A stretch of 64,000 nt of DNA from a virus (IMGVR_UViG_3300028048_000050:19494-83493); one strand, 5' to 3'. Counted from the stretch's first letter, positions 1-10,991 are shown. Numbers and translations: made by a program. The notes: generated from the sequence alone by a model not told the origin.

Positions 1-585
1 AGTAATTAGTTTATATTGCATCTTACCATCATCTCCTTCTTCTACTTTGGTACAGAAGATATAAGTAAATAGACCCTCAAGAGTTACTTTTTCTGCCAAA
101 AGCTTTCCAACAGTTTTAATAACATATTTAGGATCAATTTCCGTTCCAACATTCTCACTATGAGTTAAGAAACACATAGTACAGTCTTCACGCATTTGTT
201 CTGAATATCTTAAGATTTCCATGAGATGCTGAGCTAATTCACTAAACTTAGTATAACCAGTTTCCGTAGCTCTATCAACAAATTCATAACTCAATATATA
301 CTGCATATCATCAAGAACAACAGTTTTAATATGAGGCATTTTAGTGTTAATAATCTTTAGAATCTTAAGAATTTGTTCCCAATTAGAATGAACAAAATAA
401 TTACCAGAAATTTCCTTTGTTTCTTTATTAATGGTAAATTTCTTATATTTACTCTTCCAAGCTCTAAATGGGAGAGGTTTACCAGTTGTACTGATAATAA
501 AAGTAGTTTCAGGATTCATATTCCTTAAACTTGTACTTTTTCCAGTACCTGATTCTCCGTAAATACACAGAGTTTCACAAGCCAT
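1..585 (-). CDS. RecA-fold ATPase, 3' end cut by the window edge (possibly Sak4-like or an NTP-binding protein)
   Basis: Hand translation of the minus strand starting at the ATG at 585-583 gives MACETLCIYGESGTGKSTSLRN... with a Walker A motif (GESGTGKS) and a Walker B-like VVLDD. The reading frame is open to position 1. Confidence 0.55.
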   Translation of the reverse strand, partial: MACETLCIYGESGTGKSTSLRNMNPETTFIISTTGKPLPFRAWKSKYKKFTINKETKEISGNYFVHSNWEQILKILKIINTKMPHIKTVVLDDMQYILSYEFVDRATETGYTKFSELAQHLMEILRYSEQMREDCTMCFLTHSENVGTEIDPKYVIKTVGKLLAEKVTLEGLFTYIFCTKVEEGDDGKMQYKLIT

Positions 586-586
586 A

Positions 587-1690
587 TTAAATCATCAATT
601 TAAATTTATTATTTGTAGTATTATCTTCTTTAATTTCTATTTCATCTTCATCTTCTTTATTTTTTAGTAAATAATCTGGTGTTATGTATTTATCATAGTC
701 ATAAATATCATTAGGTAAAGGTAATTCTGCCCAAACATTAATTCCTCCATGATAATTAACAGCAACTTCTACATCTGAACTACCAAATCTTGTTTTTAAG
801 AATTGAATAATTCTAATGTGATCTCCTAATTTCTTTATATCATATCCTCGATAAGTATTAAGTTTATCTCTATTAGGACCATAAAGAGCCATAATTACTT
901 CAGCAGCATCAGCAATATCTCCAGTTTCTTTTAAATCAGATAATTGAATTCCAGTTCTACCTGCTTTAAATCTTTCAATATTACTTTGATCTCTATTAAT
1001 TTGCTGAATAATAGTTGGAGATATTCCACACATATTTCTTAAAGTTACTAAATATGCAGTAGCTGTATCCATTTCTCCTTTTTTATTTCTTCCATTAGAA
1101 GGTTTCAAAAGTCCGGCATGGTCTATTACTACTTCATACAGCATATCAGGATTATCAGGATAATATACTTTTCTGTTTTCTAATTCTTCAAAAGTTCCAA
1201 ACTTTTCAAGTTTCTGCATTAATATTGCATATAGTTTGTCAGCATTTAAAGATTTATCATAAACATGAATTTTCTTTTCAATTTTATTAAGCCATTCAAG
1301 AGAATCTAAAATTATCTGATAATTTTCATCATTTAAGATATATCCTTTCTTTCTAGAAAGAATTTCAGTAATAGTCAATTCTTTATGATATTTTTCAAAT
1401 ATATATGTGGAAAGTAATTTTCCAAATATAATAGTTGCAGGCATTTCTAAACTAAAATAGGAAACATAAAAGTTATCATCATCAAGATGTTCCATTAATG
1501 GGCGATATACATAAGAATATAAAACAAACGAGGATTTTCCTTGACCAGTACCAGAAGCTAGCACAGTCATAGTTCTTTTAGTTACTCCATCAATTATAGA
1601 TTCTGTTTTAGGTAATCCCATAGAATAACCTTGAGCTTTTCCCTCTCTACCTGAATCCACCTCTTTAAGAAGTGCTTCAGTTATTGTCAT
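587..1690 (-). CDS. DnaB-family replicative helicase (C-terminal RecA-like domain)
   Basis: 367-aa ORF. It has a Walker A motif ASGTGQGKSS, a Walker B motif VVIDHAGLL and the IIQQINRD motif, all typical of DnaB- and gp4-type helicases. Confidence 0.65.
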   Translation of the reverse strand: MTITEALLKEVDSGREGKAQGYSMGLPKTESIIDGVTKRTMTVLASGTGQGKSSFVLYSYVYRPLMEHLDDDNFYVSYFSLEMPATIIFGKLLSTYIFEKYHKELTITEILSRKKGYILNDENYQIILDSLEWLNKIEKKIHVYDKSLNADKLYAILMQKLEKFGTFEELENRKVYYPDNPDMLYEVVIDHAGLLKPSNGRNKKGEMDTATAYLVTLRNMCGISPTIIQQINRDQSNIERFKAGRTGIQLSDLKETGDIADAAEVIMALYGPNRDKLNTYRGYDIKKLGDHIRIIQFLKTRFGSSDVEVAVNYHGGINVWAELPLPNDIYDYDKYITPDYLLKNKEDEDEIEIKEDNTTNNKFKLMI

Positions 1691-1829
1691 AGTTCACTAA
1701 CCATGTCAATATGTACTATATTCCAATGTTCATCTTGAATATTCTGAGCAGCCTCTTCTTCTGAATTAGCATAACACCATTCTTTATCATAATCACCACT
1801 TTTAGTAGTAAATCTTACTAAATATTTTT

Positions 1830-2447
1830 TCATATTAATTGTGTGGCTTCAAGATTAATATTAATGGAATTACCTTCTTTAAAAGCCTTTAAAGCTTCAT
1901 ATGCTCTATCTACAATAAATCTATCAAGTGTAGTAAAATTATATCCATTTTCAATTCCCCATTTGATATTTTCAAGAATCTCTTGGTGAATTTCTGGATT
2001 ATTTTTAATCTGTTTGGTGTATTTAGCAAAAGCATCTTCTAAAGAATTAAACTTATGACTAACGCTTCTTAAATTAAATACTTGACCATTTACTACACAA
2101 GATTGTGGATAAGTATAAAATAATTCCTCTCCCATTTCATATGCACTTCTATAATATTTCTTGAGAAAGTTCTGATTAAATTGAACATCTTCCGGAATAA
2201 ACAGAGTTCCTTCCTTTGGAATTTTATATGCTTTAACAATAACTCCTTTAGATTGAATAGATTCTAATATTAATCTTAATTGTCCATTAAAAATTTCATT
2301 AAATTGTTGGAGATATATATAATCTCCATCTTGGGCTAATAATATAACCTTGATAACAAATAATTCTGTTGGATTTAATTTATAATCTCTCATTAAAATT
2401 AATTCATTATCAATGTTATGATTTAAATATTTCACAGCATAATACAC
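1830..2447 (-). CDS. hypothetical protein
   Basis: 205-aa ORF in the same-strand gene block. Confidence 0.4.
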   Translation of the reverse strand: MYYAVKYLNHNIDNELILMRDYKLNPTELFVIKVILLAQDGDYIYLQQFNEIFNGQLRLILESIQSKGVIVKAYKIPKEGTLFIPEDVQFNQNFLKKYYRSAYEMGEELFYTYPQSCVVNGQVFNLRSVSHKFNSLEDAFAKYTKQIKNNPEIHQEILENIKWGIENGYNFTTLDRFIVDRAYEALKAFKEGNSININLEATQLI

Positions 2448-2674
2448 TTATTAGCTGCTAATCGTGTTCTTCAGATTTCTCTGTGTTATTCAATGCATAT
2501 TTGTTAAGAAATTTATCTAATAGTTGTATGTATCTTTCATTAAACTTATCCAAATCATAACGCTCATTTAAATATTCATAAAATTGTCCTTTATCATCAG
2601 AACAATAACTTCTATTTTCTATTAAGAGCATTGTTTGGAGTTCTAAATACTCATTAGGAGTCATAGTAGGTTAA

Positions 2675-3937
2675 TTAAAATCTAAACATTAGTTCTCTAG
2701 GTTTTTGAACAGTAGTAGTAGGAATTTCTCCCCTAAGTACTTGATCTAAACCTTTTTCATCAATGGTTATATAGTTATCAGTTTTAGAATGAGAATCTTT
2801 AAACCATTTAGTTTCTTGTGTATTATTTAGAACTATGTAAAATATTTCAGCTACTTTGTCTTCAAATTTACGAACAACACGTCCTCTTCTTTGAGTAGAT
2901 TTTGTTTCAGAACTGTCAAATCCTAAAATTATAGCTACAGAAGCATCAGGACAATCAAAACCTTCATCAAGTTTTTTACAAGAATGTAATGTAGTTATAT
3001 TTCCAGTTATAAAATCTTCTAACATTACTCTTCCTTTCTTTTTTGAAGTTTTACCTGTATAAACATTTTGACCTCCTTCTATACTTTCTGCTATTTCGAC
3101 ACTATTACTAAAAGTTATAATTTTAGAACCTTGTTTAGCTTCTATTATTTTTCTAGCAACCTCTACTTTTCTTGGATGATTATATATAAAAGACTTTCTA
3201 GCAGTCATAGTTCTCATAAATTCTGCTGAATGATAATTAATAGATTGAAGAATTTGTTTCTTCATATTTTCATCATTACCTTTATATAATTCATCTCTAT
3301 ATTTTAATTTATTTTTCCAACCTTCTCCTTTTCTAACCATTGACATTGCTAAACCAAAATCAAATTGGAAAAATTCAAAATGTTTTAACCATTCTGTATG
3401 TAGAGATTTATAATAATCAATGTTATCAACATCAATAAGAACCTGATATTCCTTATATTGAGAAATCCATCCATTTACTAAACATTCTATTGTAGAAACT
3501 TCATCAGCTACTGGACAATATTTCTGTATAAGAGCGTGTTTACCGTCAAGTCTTTCAATAGTTGCTGTCAGTCCTAAAATTAATTTGTATTTTACTTGTT
3601 GAAATACTTTACTAAATTCGTCAGCTCCAGTTCTATGTATTTCATCTATTATTAACATATCACACATCCAAGAATGTTTAATACAAGTATTAATAATAAC
3701 TACTTCTACATTAAACTGGAATCCCCATTCGTCTATATGACCTAACCATTGAACTTTTAAAGCCTCAGTTGGAACGACAACAAGAATCCTAAATTGAGGA
3801 TATTTCTTTAATAAAGCCTTAATTGCTGTTAAAGCACATCTTGTTTTGCCATATCCTGTACTTCCTACAATAGTTCCTTTACCTTTGAGAGCTAACCATT
3901 TCTTTACAGATTCTCGTTGTCGTTCAGTTCTAGTCAT
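2675..3937 (-). CDS. SF2 DEAD/DEAH-box helicase
   Basis: 420-aa ORF. Motif I is GSTGYGKT and motif II is DEIH, followed by TAT-like and C-terminal helicase motifs. Confidence 0.65.
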   Translation of the reverse strand: MTRTERQRESVKKWLALKGKGTIVGSTGYGKTRCALTAIKALLKKYPQFRILVVVPTEALKVQWLGHIDEWGFQFNVEVVIINTCIKHSWMCDMLIIDEIHRTGADEFSKVFQQVKYKLILGLTATIERLDGKHALIQKYCPVADEVSTIECLVNGWISQYKEYQVLIDVDNIDYYKSLHTEWLKHFEFFQFDFGLAMSMVRKGEGWKNKLKYRDELYKGNDENMKKQILQSINYHSAEFMRTMTARKSFIYNHPRKVEVARKIIEAKQGSKIITFSNSVEIAESIEGGQNVYTGKTSKKKGRVMLEDFITGNITTLHSCKKLDEGFDCPDASVAIILGFDSSETKSTQRRGRVVRKFEDKVAEIFYIVLNNTQETKWFKDSHSKTDNYITIDEKGLDQVLRGEIPTTTVQKPRELMFRF

Positions 3938-4116
3938 GCTTTTCTAATGTATAAGGTCTTACGTTTAATCCTGTTAAAACGTAAACACCTTTATTTTCAT
4001 AAAATCCTTTTATATCAATTCTGTAAGGATTATTACCTAATATATAGGGCTGTTGTTCAGTGATACAAATAGGAGAATTATCTGGAACATCGGAAAGCAT
4101 CTCTATTAATTCTTTT

Positions 4117-4971
4117 TTAGTCATTTAAGTTTACTCCCTTATTTTTAGCAACAAGTTCGATTTGCTTTTGAAGTTTTCTCCAGCTATAAATATGACCATC
4201 AACTTCACGTTGGAATCTTAACAATACCTTATTTCTTAAAGTAGTAAGTTGTTCTGTAGTCATATCAGAATACTTCTGCTTTTTAGGTAAGATAAGAATA
4301 GCTCTCATTTCATGATAGGATAAACCTTTTTCACTAAATTTGAGGTTTAGTTTCTCTGGAAGATGTAACTTCTCTTTAGCAATCTTTAATCTTTCTGCAT
4401 TAGAATTACCTTTAAGTTCATTTTCTTCAGCCTTACTAAACCATAATCCCATCTTAGTAATAAAGGTCATTGTCAAGTGCTGCTTATTGAAAGCACCAAG
4501 ACAATCTAAACATCCATCCATTACTTCTGAAATATTAATGTCATCAAATTCAGAAGGAAGATCCGATGTAATATTAGTAATTGGTCCGTCTTCAATTTCT
4601 GGATTATTAGCTTTAAACTCTCTCAAAGCTAACCATAAAGACTTTCTACGTATATCATTTCTTCCATCCTTTAGATAACTGTTCTCAAAATACCTCAAAA
4701 GCAACTCCACATTACATTTATTAATTTGTTCCGTTACTTCATCTAATACATTATATCTACCAAGGTTTTTGGGATCATCGTTATGAAGCATCTTTTCACA
4801 ATGCTCATAACATTTTTTAAGTTGTTCTGGAGTCATATCGACTATTCTAATAGAATCCTGAACATATTTATCTCCTTCCTTTCTCTTTTCTCCTTTCCAG
4901 ACAAAAGATGAAAAGTCGTTCTTTTTAGCATTTAATGCCTTCTGTAAGGCATCTCCTAATACATTATTCAT
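4117..4971 (-). CDS. hypothetical protein
   Basis: 284-aa ORF that overlaps its neighbours by only a few nucleotides. The antisense ORF at 4340..4678 is rejected. Confidence 0.45.
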   Translation of the reverse strand: MNNVLGDALQKALNAKKNDFSSFVWKGEKRKEGDKYVQDSIRIVDMTPEQLKKCYEHCEKMLHNDDPKNLGRYNVLDEVTEQINKCNVELLLRYFENSYLKDGRNDIRRKSLWLALREFKANNPEIEDGPITNITSDLPSEFDDINISEVMDGCLDCLGAFNKQHLTMTFITKMGLWFSKAEENELKGNSNAERLKIAKEKLHLPEKLNLKFSEKGLSYHEMRAILILPKKQKYSDMTTEQLTTLRNKVLLRFQREVDGHIYSWRKLQKQIELVAKNKGVNLND

Positions 4972-4983
4972 TTAATAAATCTT

Positions 4984-5307
4984 TCATATAATAATATCTT
5001 TTTTAGAATTATCTTGTTCTTTTACAAATTTATTAAATATTAAATTAGTAAAATTATATTTTACAATAGAATCAGCAGATCTATCATAATATGTATCTAC
5101 TCCTCCTGTCACACTATCATATGTTAAATATCCAATATCACCTACTTCTGGAATATAAGATTCCCAATTAGGCCATACTGTAACCATACAATAGTTGCAA
5201 CCAAAAGGAGCTTTGTCTAGGTTTTTAAATACCAATGTTTGATAACTCATTATATCAGCTTCTTTTACTAGAAGCTCACAATGAATTGTCAAGGTATCCA
5301 TTACCAA
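4984..5307 (-). CDS. hypothetical protein
   Basis: 107-aa ORF. Confidence 0.35.
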   Translation of the reverse strand: MVMDTLTIHCELLVKEADIMSYQTLVFKNLDKAPFGCNYCMVTVWPNWESYIPEVGDIGYLTYDSVTGGVDTYYDRSADSIVKYNFTNLIFNKFVKEQDNSKKDIII

Positions 5308-5603
5308 CGTAATTTATTGGACGGAATGGTATCAAGTTCTGTTGGAATTACATACCATCTACACATATCTTCTATGTGCTCATCATATAAATCCTCTATA
5401 GAACGTCCTGTAATCTTGGATTCTTTACTAATAATATCAAATGAAGGCAAACCATATTTTCCTTCATTCTTATAATAGAATGATGTTACAGCGTTCTTAG
5501 CTATACGAAGAGCTTCTTGTTCTCCTCTATTACAATTTCTTGTAAAACGATATTTAACTCCGAGAGTTTTACCAATAGTTCCGTAATAAATATTATATGT
5601 CAT
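5301..5603 (-). CDS. hypothetical protein
   Basis: 100-aa ORF. Confidence 0.35.
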   Translation of the reverse strand: MTYNIYYGTIGKTLGVKYRFTRNCNRGEQEALRIAKNAVTSFYYKNEGKYGLPSFDIISKESKITGRSIEDLYDEHIEDMCRWYVIPTELDTIPSNKLRW

Positions 5604-6019
5604 AAAATTAAACCTAATATAAATAAAAGAATTCCACCAATAGAAGAACCTATAATGATTCTTTTTTGGTTCTTTTTAAGTTTTTTAATTTGTTCAGAAT
5701 TTTCCGTAACTTTATTATCATAAGTTTTTATTTCTACTTTTTGAATAGAATCTGTTTTGACATAAAGTTCATTTAATTCTTCCAATGATTTAATTTGTTG
5801 TTTTAGTAAAGGATTTTCATTACTCAATTTCTGATGTTCCAAGAATATGATAGCCGTGACTTGCTGCGTACTCAAGGATATACTGTCTTGTGAATGACTC
5901 ACTAAAGGAATCAGGTTGAGTGATAATAGTATTAACCCTTTCTTGATAATGTTTCTCATTTGTAATAATTTTAATATGAGTAGAATCAATAACAGTTCTA
6001 ATACTGTCTTTCTGATCAT
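5600..6019 (-). CDS. hypothetical membrane protein (overlaps 5820..6176 by 200 nt, so only one of the two is likely real)
   Basis: 139-aa ORF with a C-terminal transmembrane-like segment IIIGSSIGGILLFILGLIL. Confidence 0.25.
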   Translation of the reverse strand: MIRKTVLELLLILLILKLLQMRNIIKKGLILLSLNLIPLVSHSQDSISLSTQQVTAIIFLEHQKLSNENPLLKQQIKSLEELNELYVKTDSIQKVEIKTYDNKVTENSEQIKKLKKNQKRIIIGSSIGGILLFILGLIL

Positions 6020-6176
6020 TTAAAGAGTCAATCTTTAGTTCTAACTCAGTAATTTTTTTGTAAAATTTGTCATCATCTATTTTTGGAGTGGAGAAATCAG
6101 CAACTTTTATATAAAATCCTATTAACAACAAAACAATAATAATAATTATTATTATAGTTTTTTTATTGTCTTTCAT
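5820..6176 (-). CDS. hypothetical membrane-anchored protein
   Basis: 118-aa ORF with an N-terminal hydrophobic segment TIIIIIIIVLLLIGFYI. The overlapping 5600..6019 ORF is an alternative or spurious call. Confidence 0.35.
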   Translation of the reverse strand: MKDNKKTIIIIIIIVLLLIGFYIKVADFSTPKIDDDKFYKKITELELKIDSLNDQKDSIRTVIDSTHIKIITNEKHYQERVNTIITQPDSFSESFTRQYILEYAASHGYHILGTSEIE

Positions 6177-6481
6177 TCTCCTGTATCAAATTTTTCAGGT
6201 AATGTTTCTCTACAAAGTTTAACAATTTCTTTATAATTTTTTTGAAACTCTACTAAAAATTCTTTTAATGTAACATTATCTTCTTCCCACTTTTTAGCAG
6301 TTCTTTTATGTACTATTTTATTTAAACAATGTGAAAGTGTTAAACCATATAAAGTATTACCTGGTTCAATCTCATATTTACCTGTATCTCGTTTCTTTAC
6401 TCTTTTCATGAAAGTAAGATCATACTTTTCACTATCAGATCCAGAACGTTCCATTATAAAATCAGGTTCTACGATTTTCAT
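6173..6481 (-). CDS. hypothetical protein
   Basis: 102-aa ORF. Confidence 0.35.
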   Translation of the reverse strand: MKIVEPDFIMERSGSDSEKYDLTFMKRVKKRDTGKYEIEPGNTLYGLTLSHCLNKIVHKRTAKKWEEDNVTLKEFLVEFQKNYKEIVKLCRETLPEKFDTGE

Positions 6482-6577
6482 AGTTACTTATTAAGTGAGC
6501 CGGGCTTCATGTGTATATGACCACTTTCTTTATTTTGGCCTCCACGTGCTTCCCAAGCTTTAATTCGTGCTTCTAGA

Positions 6578-7084
6578 TTAAGCTTCCTCTTCTTGTACTT
6601 CATAGTCATCTAGATTTAATTCGTATCCATATTCATCAAGACGATTAAGATATTCTGGATTATGTTTGCGAATACCTTCTAAATCCATATAAATTTTATT
6701 ATCAATCTTATTTATTTCCTCAGCAACAGCATTTAAAGTAATACTAGCAGCTTTATAAAATTTATACAGAATGTTTCTCTTTTTGAAATTAGCATTAAGT
6801 TTAGCCTTCATGAAAGCGATATTGTTACCAACAGTTTCATCAAATGCATCCTTAATGTTAGGTTGAGATATTCCAGTACCAACAACTAGACATCCATTTA
6901 CGACGTTACCATCAACATCTTCAACATCCTTATCTAAGGACTCCCAAATTTCATTCCATTCCTTAGCACTACGCTCTTCAGCAGCACCAATACGATTAAT
7001 CATCTTGTAGATGTCCTCTACACATACCTTGGTAATCTTGTTACCTTCCCGACTTGTTCTAATCGGCAGTCTTACATTGTCCAT
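6578..7084 (-). CDS. hypothetical protein
   Basis: 168-aa ORF. Confidence 0.4.
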   Translation of the reverse strand: MDNVRLPIRTSREGNKITKVCVEDIYKMINRIGAAEERSAKEWNEIWESLDKDVEDVDGNVVNGCLVVGTGISQPNIKDAFDETVGNNIAFMKAKLNANFKKRNILYKFYKAASITLNAVAEEINKIDNKIYMDLEGIRKHNPEYLNRLDEYGYELNLDDYEVQEEEA

Positions 7085-7870
7085 AATACTATAAATTTAA
7101 TTAATTTTACTTAAACTGAATGTATCAGTTATTAATATATCTCTAGTTAAATATTTTTCATAGTTAATTTCTGTTAAATAAAAATTATTTACCAAAAATT
7201 ATCATTAGAGAAGCAGTAATTGTTCCACATATTACAATTAGCTCAAATATGTCTATTTCAAAGTTTTTACCTATTTTCATTATAACACATTTTTAAAATG
7301 TTCTTGTACTTTCTTATGAAATTTAAGATATTGATCCCATAAGCTTTTCTCTACATCTTCTAAAGAAGTATCTTTACCATAATAAGGAATTAATTCATTT
7401 CTTATGAAATCAAGTTTCCTAAGACATTGATTTTCTAAAGCAATTCCTTCTCGAACCTCTCTTTCTACATCTTTCATATTACAATATAAAATGAAATCCT
7501 ATTATTATTACTTATAACAAATCCTAAACTTGAATAATATTTTTGGTATTCTATTAAATAAGTAATATTTTCTTTAACTTCTTCTACTTCGTCAGGATCT
7601 ATTATCACATCAAAACATTTACCAGATTTATAAAACTCTGGTTTAACAGAATAACCACGTTCTTCTAACTCATATATTAAATCATTTACAATATTGAGTA
7701 GATTATAAGTATATATCCAATGATTATATAATCTATCTTCAAATGTCATAATTCTCCTCCTTCTTCTAAAATATCAACTTCACTAGCGTGTAAACCGTAC
7801 TTTCTCATTTTTTCTAAAGTTTCATTTTTCTCTTTAGTATGAAAATCAGGAAAGTTCCATTTTAATTTAA

Positions 7871-8305
7871 TCATAATATCATACTCGATTCATTAGCTGC
7901 TAATTTATCAACATAGTTATTCCAAACCATATCAGTATTTCCTTCTTTTTGGTGTCCATAAATATGACGATAACTAATAGGTTCTTTAACAAATTTTTGA
8001 GTTTCTTTTAATTGCTTTTTAATTGTTGCAATTAATTTTTTATTCTTTTTAGGATTCCAACTTTCATTAAATATACATCCTAAAGCATATTCGGAATCTG
8101 AAACAATTTCTAAAGAATCAATAGGTTTTTTAATAGCTCTAAGACTTATAAATATAGCAAACAATTCCATTATATTATTTGTTACATTTTTAAATGCCTT
8201 AGAATACTCTAAAACTTTCTTTCCATTCTTTAACCAAACTATTCCTATTCCTCCATTTTTGTTAGCTCTACAAGAACCATCTGTAAATATTTGATATGTA
8301 ATCAT
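7871..8305 (-). CDS. rnhA: ribonuclease HI
   Basis: 144-aa ORF. It carries the FTDGSC...GGIG...ELFAI...SDSEY...GHQ motifs of RNase H1. Confidence 0.65.
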   Translation of the reverse strand: MITYQIFTDGSCRANKNGGIGIVWLKNGKKVLEYSKAFKNVTNNIMELFAIFISLRAIKKPIDSLEIVSDSEYALGCIFNESWNPKKNKKLIATIKKQLKETQKFVKEPISYRHIYGHQKEGNTDMVWNNYVDKLAANESSMIL

Positions 8306-8727
8306 TTTAATAAATGTTTATAATAATAATTTCTCCAATTATTAACTCCATTTCTACTAATCCAATCAGCAAGACAATTAAATTTATATTTAAGTCCATT
8401 TCTATTTGAACAATGACCTTTTACATATATAAATTTAATATTTTTATACCCTTTCTTATTTTTAAATTTGCCTATTTGAAATCTATCATCAGTATGTACA
8501 ATGATATCAATGGCATTATATTTACTTCTTATATAGTATATAGATTCTTTTATTGCATCACGTTCTGCATAATAAGAATGAAAATATTTTTCTACCCTAT
8601 TATAATAAATATCTAGTATATGAGAATCAACAACAATTACTCCAACCTTAGTAGTGCGTTTAACTCCGTCTTTATATATAGAAGTATCTTTAGAAGAAGC
8701 ATCTGTATAAATATGAAAAGTTTTCAT
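8302..8727 (-). CDS. RNase H-like protein (second copy, in tandem)
   Basis: 141-aa ORF with IYTDAS...VGVIVV...AERDAI...HTDD...GH motifs. It overlaps the rnhA gene by 4 nt. Confidence 0.5.
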   Translation of the reverse strand: MKTFHIYTDASSKDTSIYKDGVKRTTKVGVIVVDSHILDIYYNRVEKYFHSYYAERDAIKESIYYIRSKYNAIDIIVHTDDRFQIGKFKNKKGYKNIKFIYVKGHCSNRNGLKYKFNCLADWISRNGVNNWRNYYYKHLLK

Positions 8728-8886
8728 CTAATTAATTTAATAATTAATCATATAAATTAGTTTTATACTCTTCCATATCCTCTGGAACAAACCAACAATT
8801 CTTTTGAGGATCAAAACCCACTTCTTCAGAATATCTAGGATTTAACATATAATCCTGGATTTCTGGCCATCCTACTTTAATATATT

Positions 8887-9219
8887 TCATATAAACGTAT
8901 CAACTTCAATAATTCTAGAAATAAAATACATGTTTTCTTCTTCATATTTAGAAGAATTTAACATATAACCTTCACTAGTTTTACCACAAGCTTCAGAATA
9001 TATTTCTCCTTTATTTACTTCTTGGAAATTATTATATTCTTTTTCATACTCATTTTTAGATACTTCTTCAGCTTCTTCTAAAGTATCATAATCTCCAATC
9101 AAAGTTCTTCCAGACTCTGTAGGATAATTCCATTCATTAACTACTATATAATATTTCATTTTTATTACGAGTTTCATAACCACAATTATCACATACATAC
9201 AAATCACAAAACATTCCAC
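8887..9219 (-). CDS. hypothetical protein
   Basis: 110-aa ORF. Confidence 0.3.
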   Translation of the reverse strand: MECFVICMYVIIVVMKLVIKMKYYIVVNEWNYPTESGRTLIGDYDTLEEAEEVSKNEYEKEYNNFQEVNKGEIYSEACGKTSEGYMLNSSKYEEENMYFISRIIEVDTFI

Positions 9220-9461
9220 ATTTTACGTGAATTGTATCTTTTTTACACTTAGGGCATTTCATAGGCACAAAAAAAGGTGGTCATTTCTGATCACCTACAA
9301 GATTTATAAATTTACGTTCACCTTTAAAATTCGTATACCATAATACAGTATGTTTTCCTCCTATATAATCTGTATAAGAGTCAATCCATGGATGTGTATA
9401 AGTTATCACAGCCCATAAAATAAGTAAAATTATCCAAACCATAATATTTAGTTTTAGTTAT

Positions 9462-9540
9462 GTGCGACCACTGGGAATCGAACCCAGGTCTTCGGATTAG
9501 AATGTTATATTTACCTAGTCATTTATAATACATTTATCAA
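9462..9540 (-). tRNA. tRNA-like 3' fragment (T-arm CTGGG-TTCGATT-CCCAG plus acceptor 3' strand; no matching 5' strand found)
   Basis: The reverse complement of gtgcgaccactgggaatcgaaccc shows a T-arm. No pairing 5' acceptor strand lies within 150 nt. Confidence 0.25.
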
Positions 9541-10597
9541 AGGAAAAATCATCTAAGTAATGTACTCCTTTTTGTTGATTATTTGAAGGAGGAGTTACTC
9601 TAACAGTCAAAGATTTTCTGCTTCCTATCTCTTCTATAGGGATTAATATACTTTTATTTAATGGTTGTATATAATAAGCAATATAATCTACATCATTTTC
9701 GTATGTAGTATAATGCTTATTCGTAGTATGATTAGTACTACTAGCACAAGGACATACAATAGAATTATTTTCAGTTACTTGTGCACAATATTTTATCTAT
9801 ATTTTGTTTAATTTACCATTAAACTCTGCTATTAAATCATATCTAGCTGTATCACCAAATGGTAATGAGCACTATACTCCTCTTTTAACAAATTCAGCTA
9901 ATATAACAGCTTCTCCAACATTTCCTTTTTCTTTTGAAATCATATTACATAAACATAATAAATACATGAGGTGCTTCCACACGGTACTGACCCGTATTCC
10001 CGAAATTAAAAGTTTCGTGCATCACCTTAATGCTTTGGAAGCTAAATTATCTATCACGGGCTTTACCCCTAAGCTATGGACGCAACAAGAAGAGAAGATA
10101 TACTTCTCTTTAATCTTAATGGATACTTATAGTATCAATTAATAAAGAATCAATAGAATCTGTAATTTCAACAGAATCAATTGAAATAGAATCAGACACT
10201 TCTGATTGCTTAGTAGAATTACCTCCACAAGCAAACATTAACATCATTGCTGCTAATATAAACAAAATTTTCTTCATTTTCTCTCAAATTTTAAATAAAA
10301 ATAATCATCTATTAAATAAATGGAAGTAATCCAGCATTAATTGCAGGACCATACATCTCCATAACACCCTCCATATAAGCGTGTCCAACTCTTTTAATGA
10401 AATTTTTTACTTTTCTAGCCATAATTTTATTACAAATTTAAAGTTTATAATTTAATTATCTAATTCAATTTAAATATATCATTTTAATCTAAAAATCAAA
10501 TGTGTACGAACACTTCTTGACATAGATCAATTGATATAAATCAAGTGAACTAATCTATAAACATTTAAGTTATGTAATATCATTATTTTAGGTTTTA

Positions 10598-10672
10598 GGG
10601 TGATTAGTGGGCCACGATCCCACGACCTACAGAGCCACAATCTGTTATTCTACCTACTGAACTATAACCACC
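10598..10672 (-). tRNA. tRNA-His (GUG)
   Basis: Hand fold: acceptor GGTGGTT/AATCACC, anticodon stem ACAGA/TCTGT, loop TTGTGGC. Confidence 0.55.
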
Positions 10673-10684
10673 ATATAATTATTG

Positions 10685-10756
10685 CGGGGATAGAGGGAAT
10701 CGAACCCACACCGAGTGGTTAACAGCCACCTGCTACGACCTTCGAGCTATATCCCC
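10685..10756 (-). tRNA. tRNA-Asn (GUU)
   Basis: Acceptor GGGGATA/TATCCCC. Anticodon arm GGTGG-CTGTTAA-CCACT. T-arm TGGG-TTCGATT-CCC. Confidence 0.6.
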
Positions 10757-10767
10757 AAATATTTTGT

Positions 10768-10838
10768 ACTCCTACAAGGACTCGAACCTTGATAGCCGGA
10801 TTAAGAGTCCGGTGCATAATCCCTTCTGCCATAAGAGC
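10768..10838 (-). tRNA. tRNA-Lys (CUU)
   Basis: Anticodon arm CCGGA-CTCTTAA-TCCGG. T-arm CAAGG-TTCGAGT-CCTTG. The acceptor has two G.U pairs. Confidence 0.5.
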
Positions 10839-10843
10839 ATTAG

Positions 10844-10915
10844 AGCAAGTAACCAGAATCGAACTGGCATCTTCAGTATGGCAAACTGAAGCACTAACCA
10901 TTGTGCTATACTTGC
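10844..10915 (-). tRNA. tRNA-Gly (GCC)
   Basis: Acceptor GCAAGTA/TACTTGC. Anticodon arm TTCAGT-TTGCCAT-ACTGAA. Confidence 0.6.
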
Positions 10916-10919
10916 ATAG

Positions 10920-10991
10920 AGCAGCATAAGAGACTCGAACTCTCTCCTTGACCTTGGAAGGGTTACATGCTACCATTAACACCAATGCTGC
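10920..10991 (-). tRNA. tRNA-Gly (UCC), tentative
   Basis: Acceptor GCAGCAT/ATGCTGC. Anticodon arm TAACC-CTTCCAA-GGTCA has one A.C mismatch. Confidence 0.45.

Noticed and set aside
4340-4678. Antisense ORFs within longer minus-strand genes (4340..4678, 5281..5475, 5517..5723, 8413..8616, 19548..19793, 19901..20281, 20614..20883, 23417..23608, 24005..24214, 24448..24675, 29187..29492, 37088..37393, 38203..38409, 38547..38759, 39694..39933, 39764..39952, 40112..40315, 40924..41118, 40931..41143, 45474..45722, 47345..47722, 48070..48339, 49558..49812, 50211..50597, 50251..50466).
   Set aside because: Each is shorter than the gene it overlaps, lies on the opposite strand from the local operon, and has a hydrophobic or low-complexity composition typical of AT-rich antisense frames.
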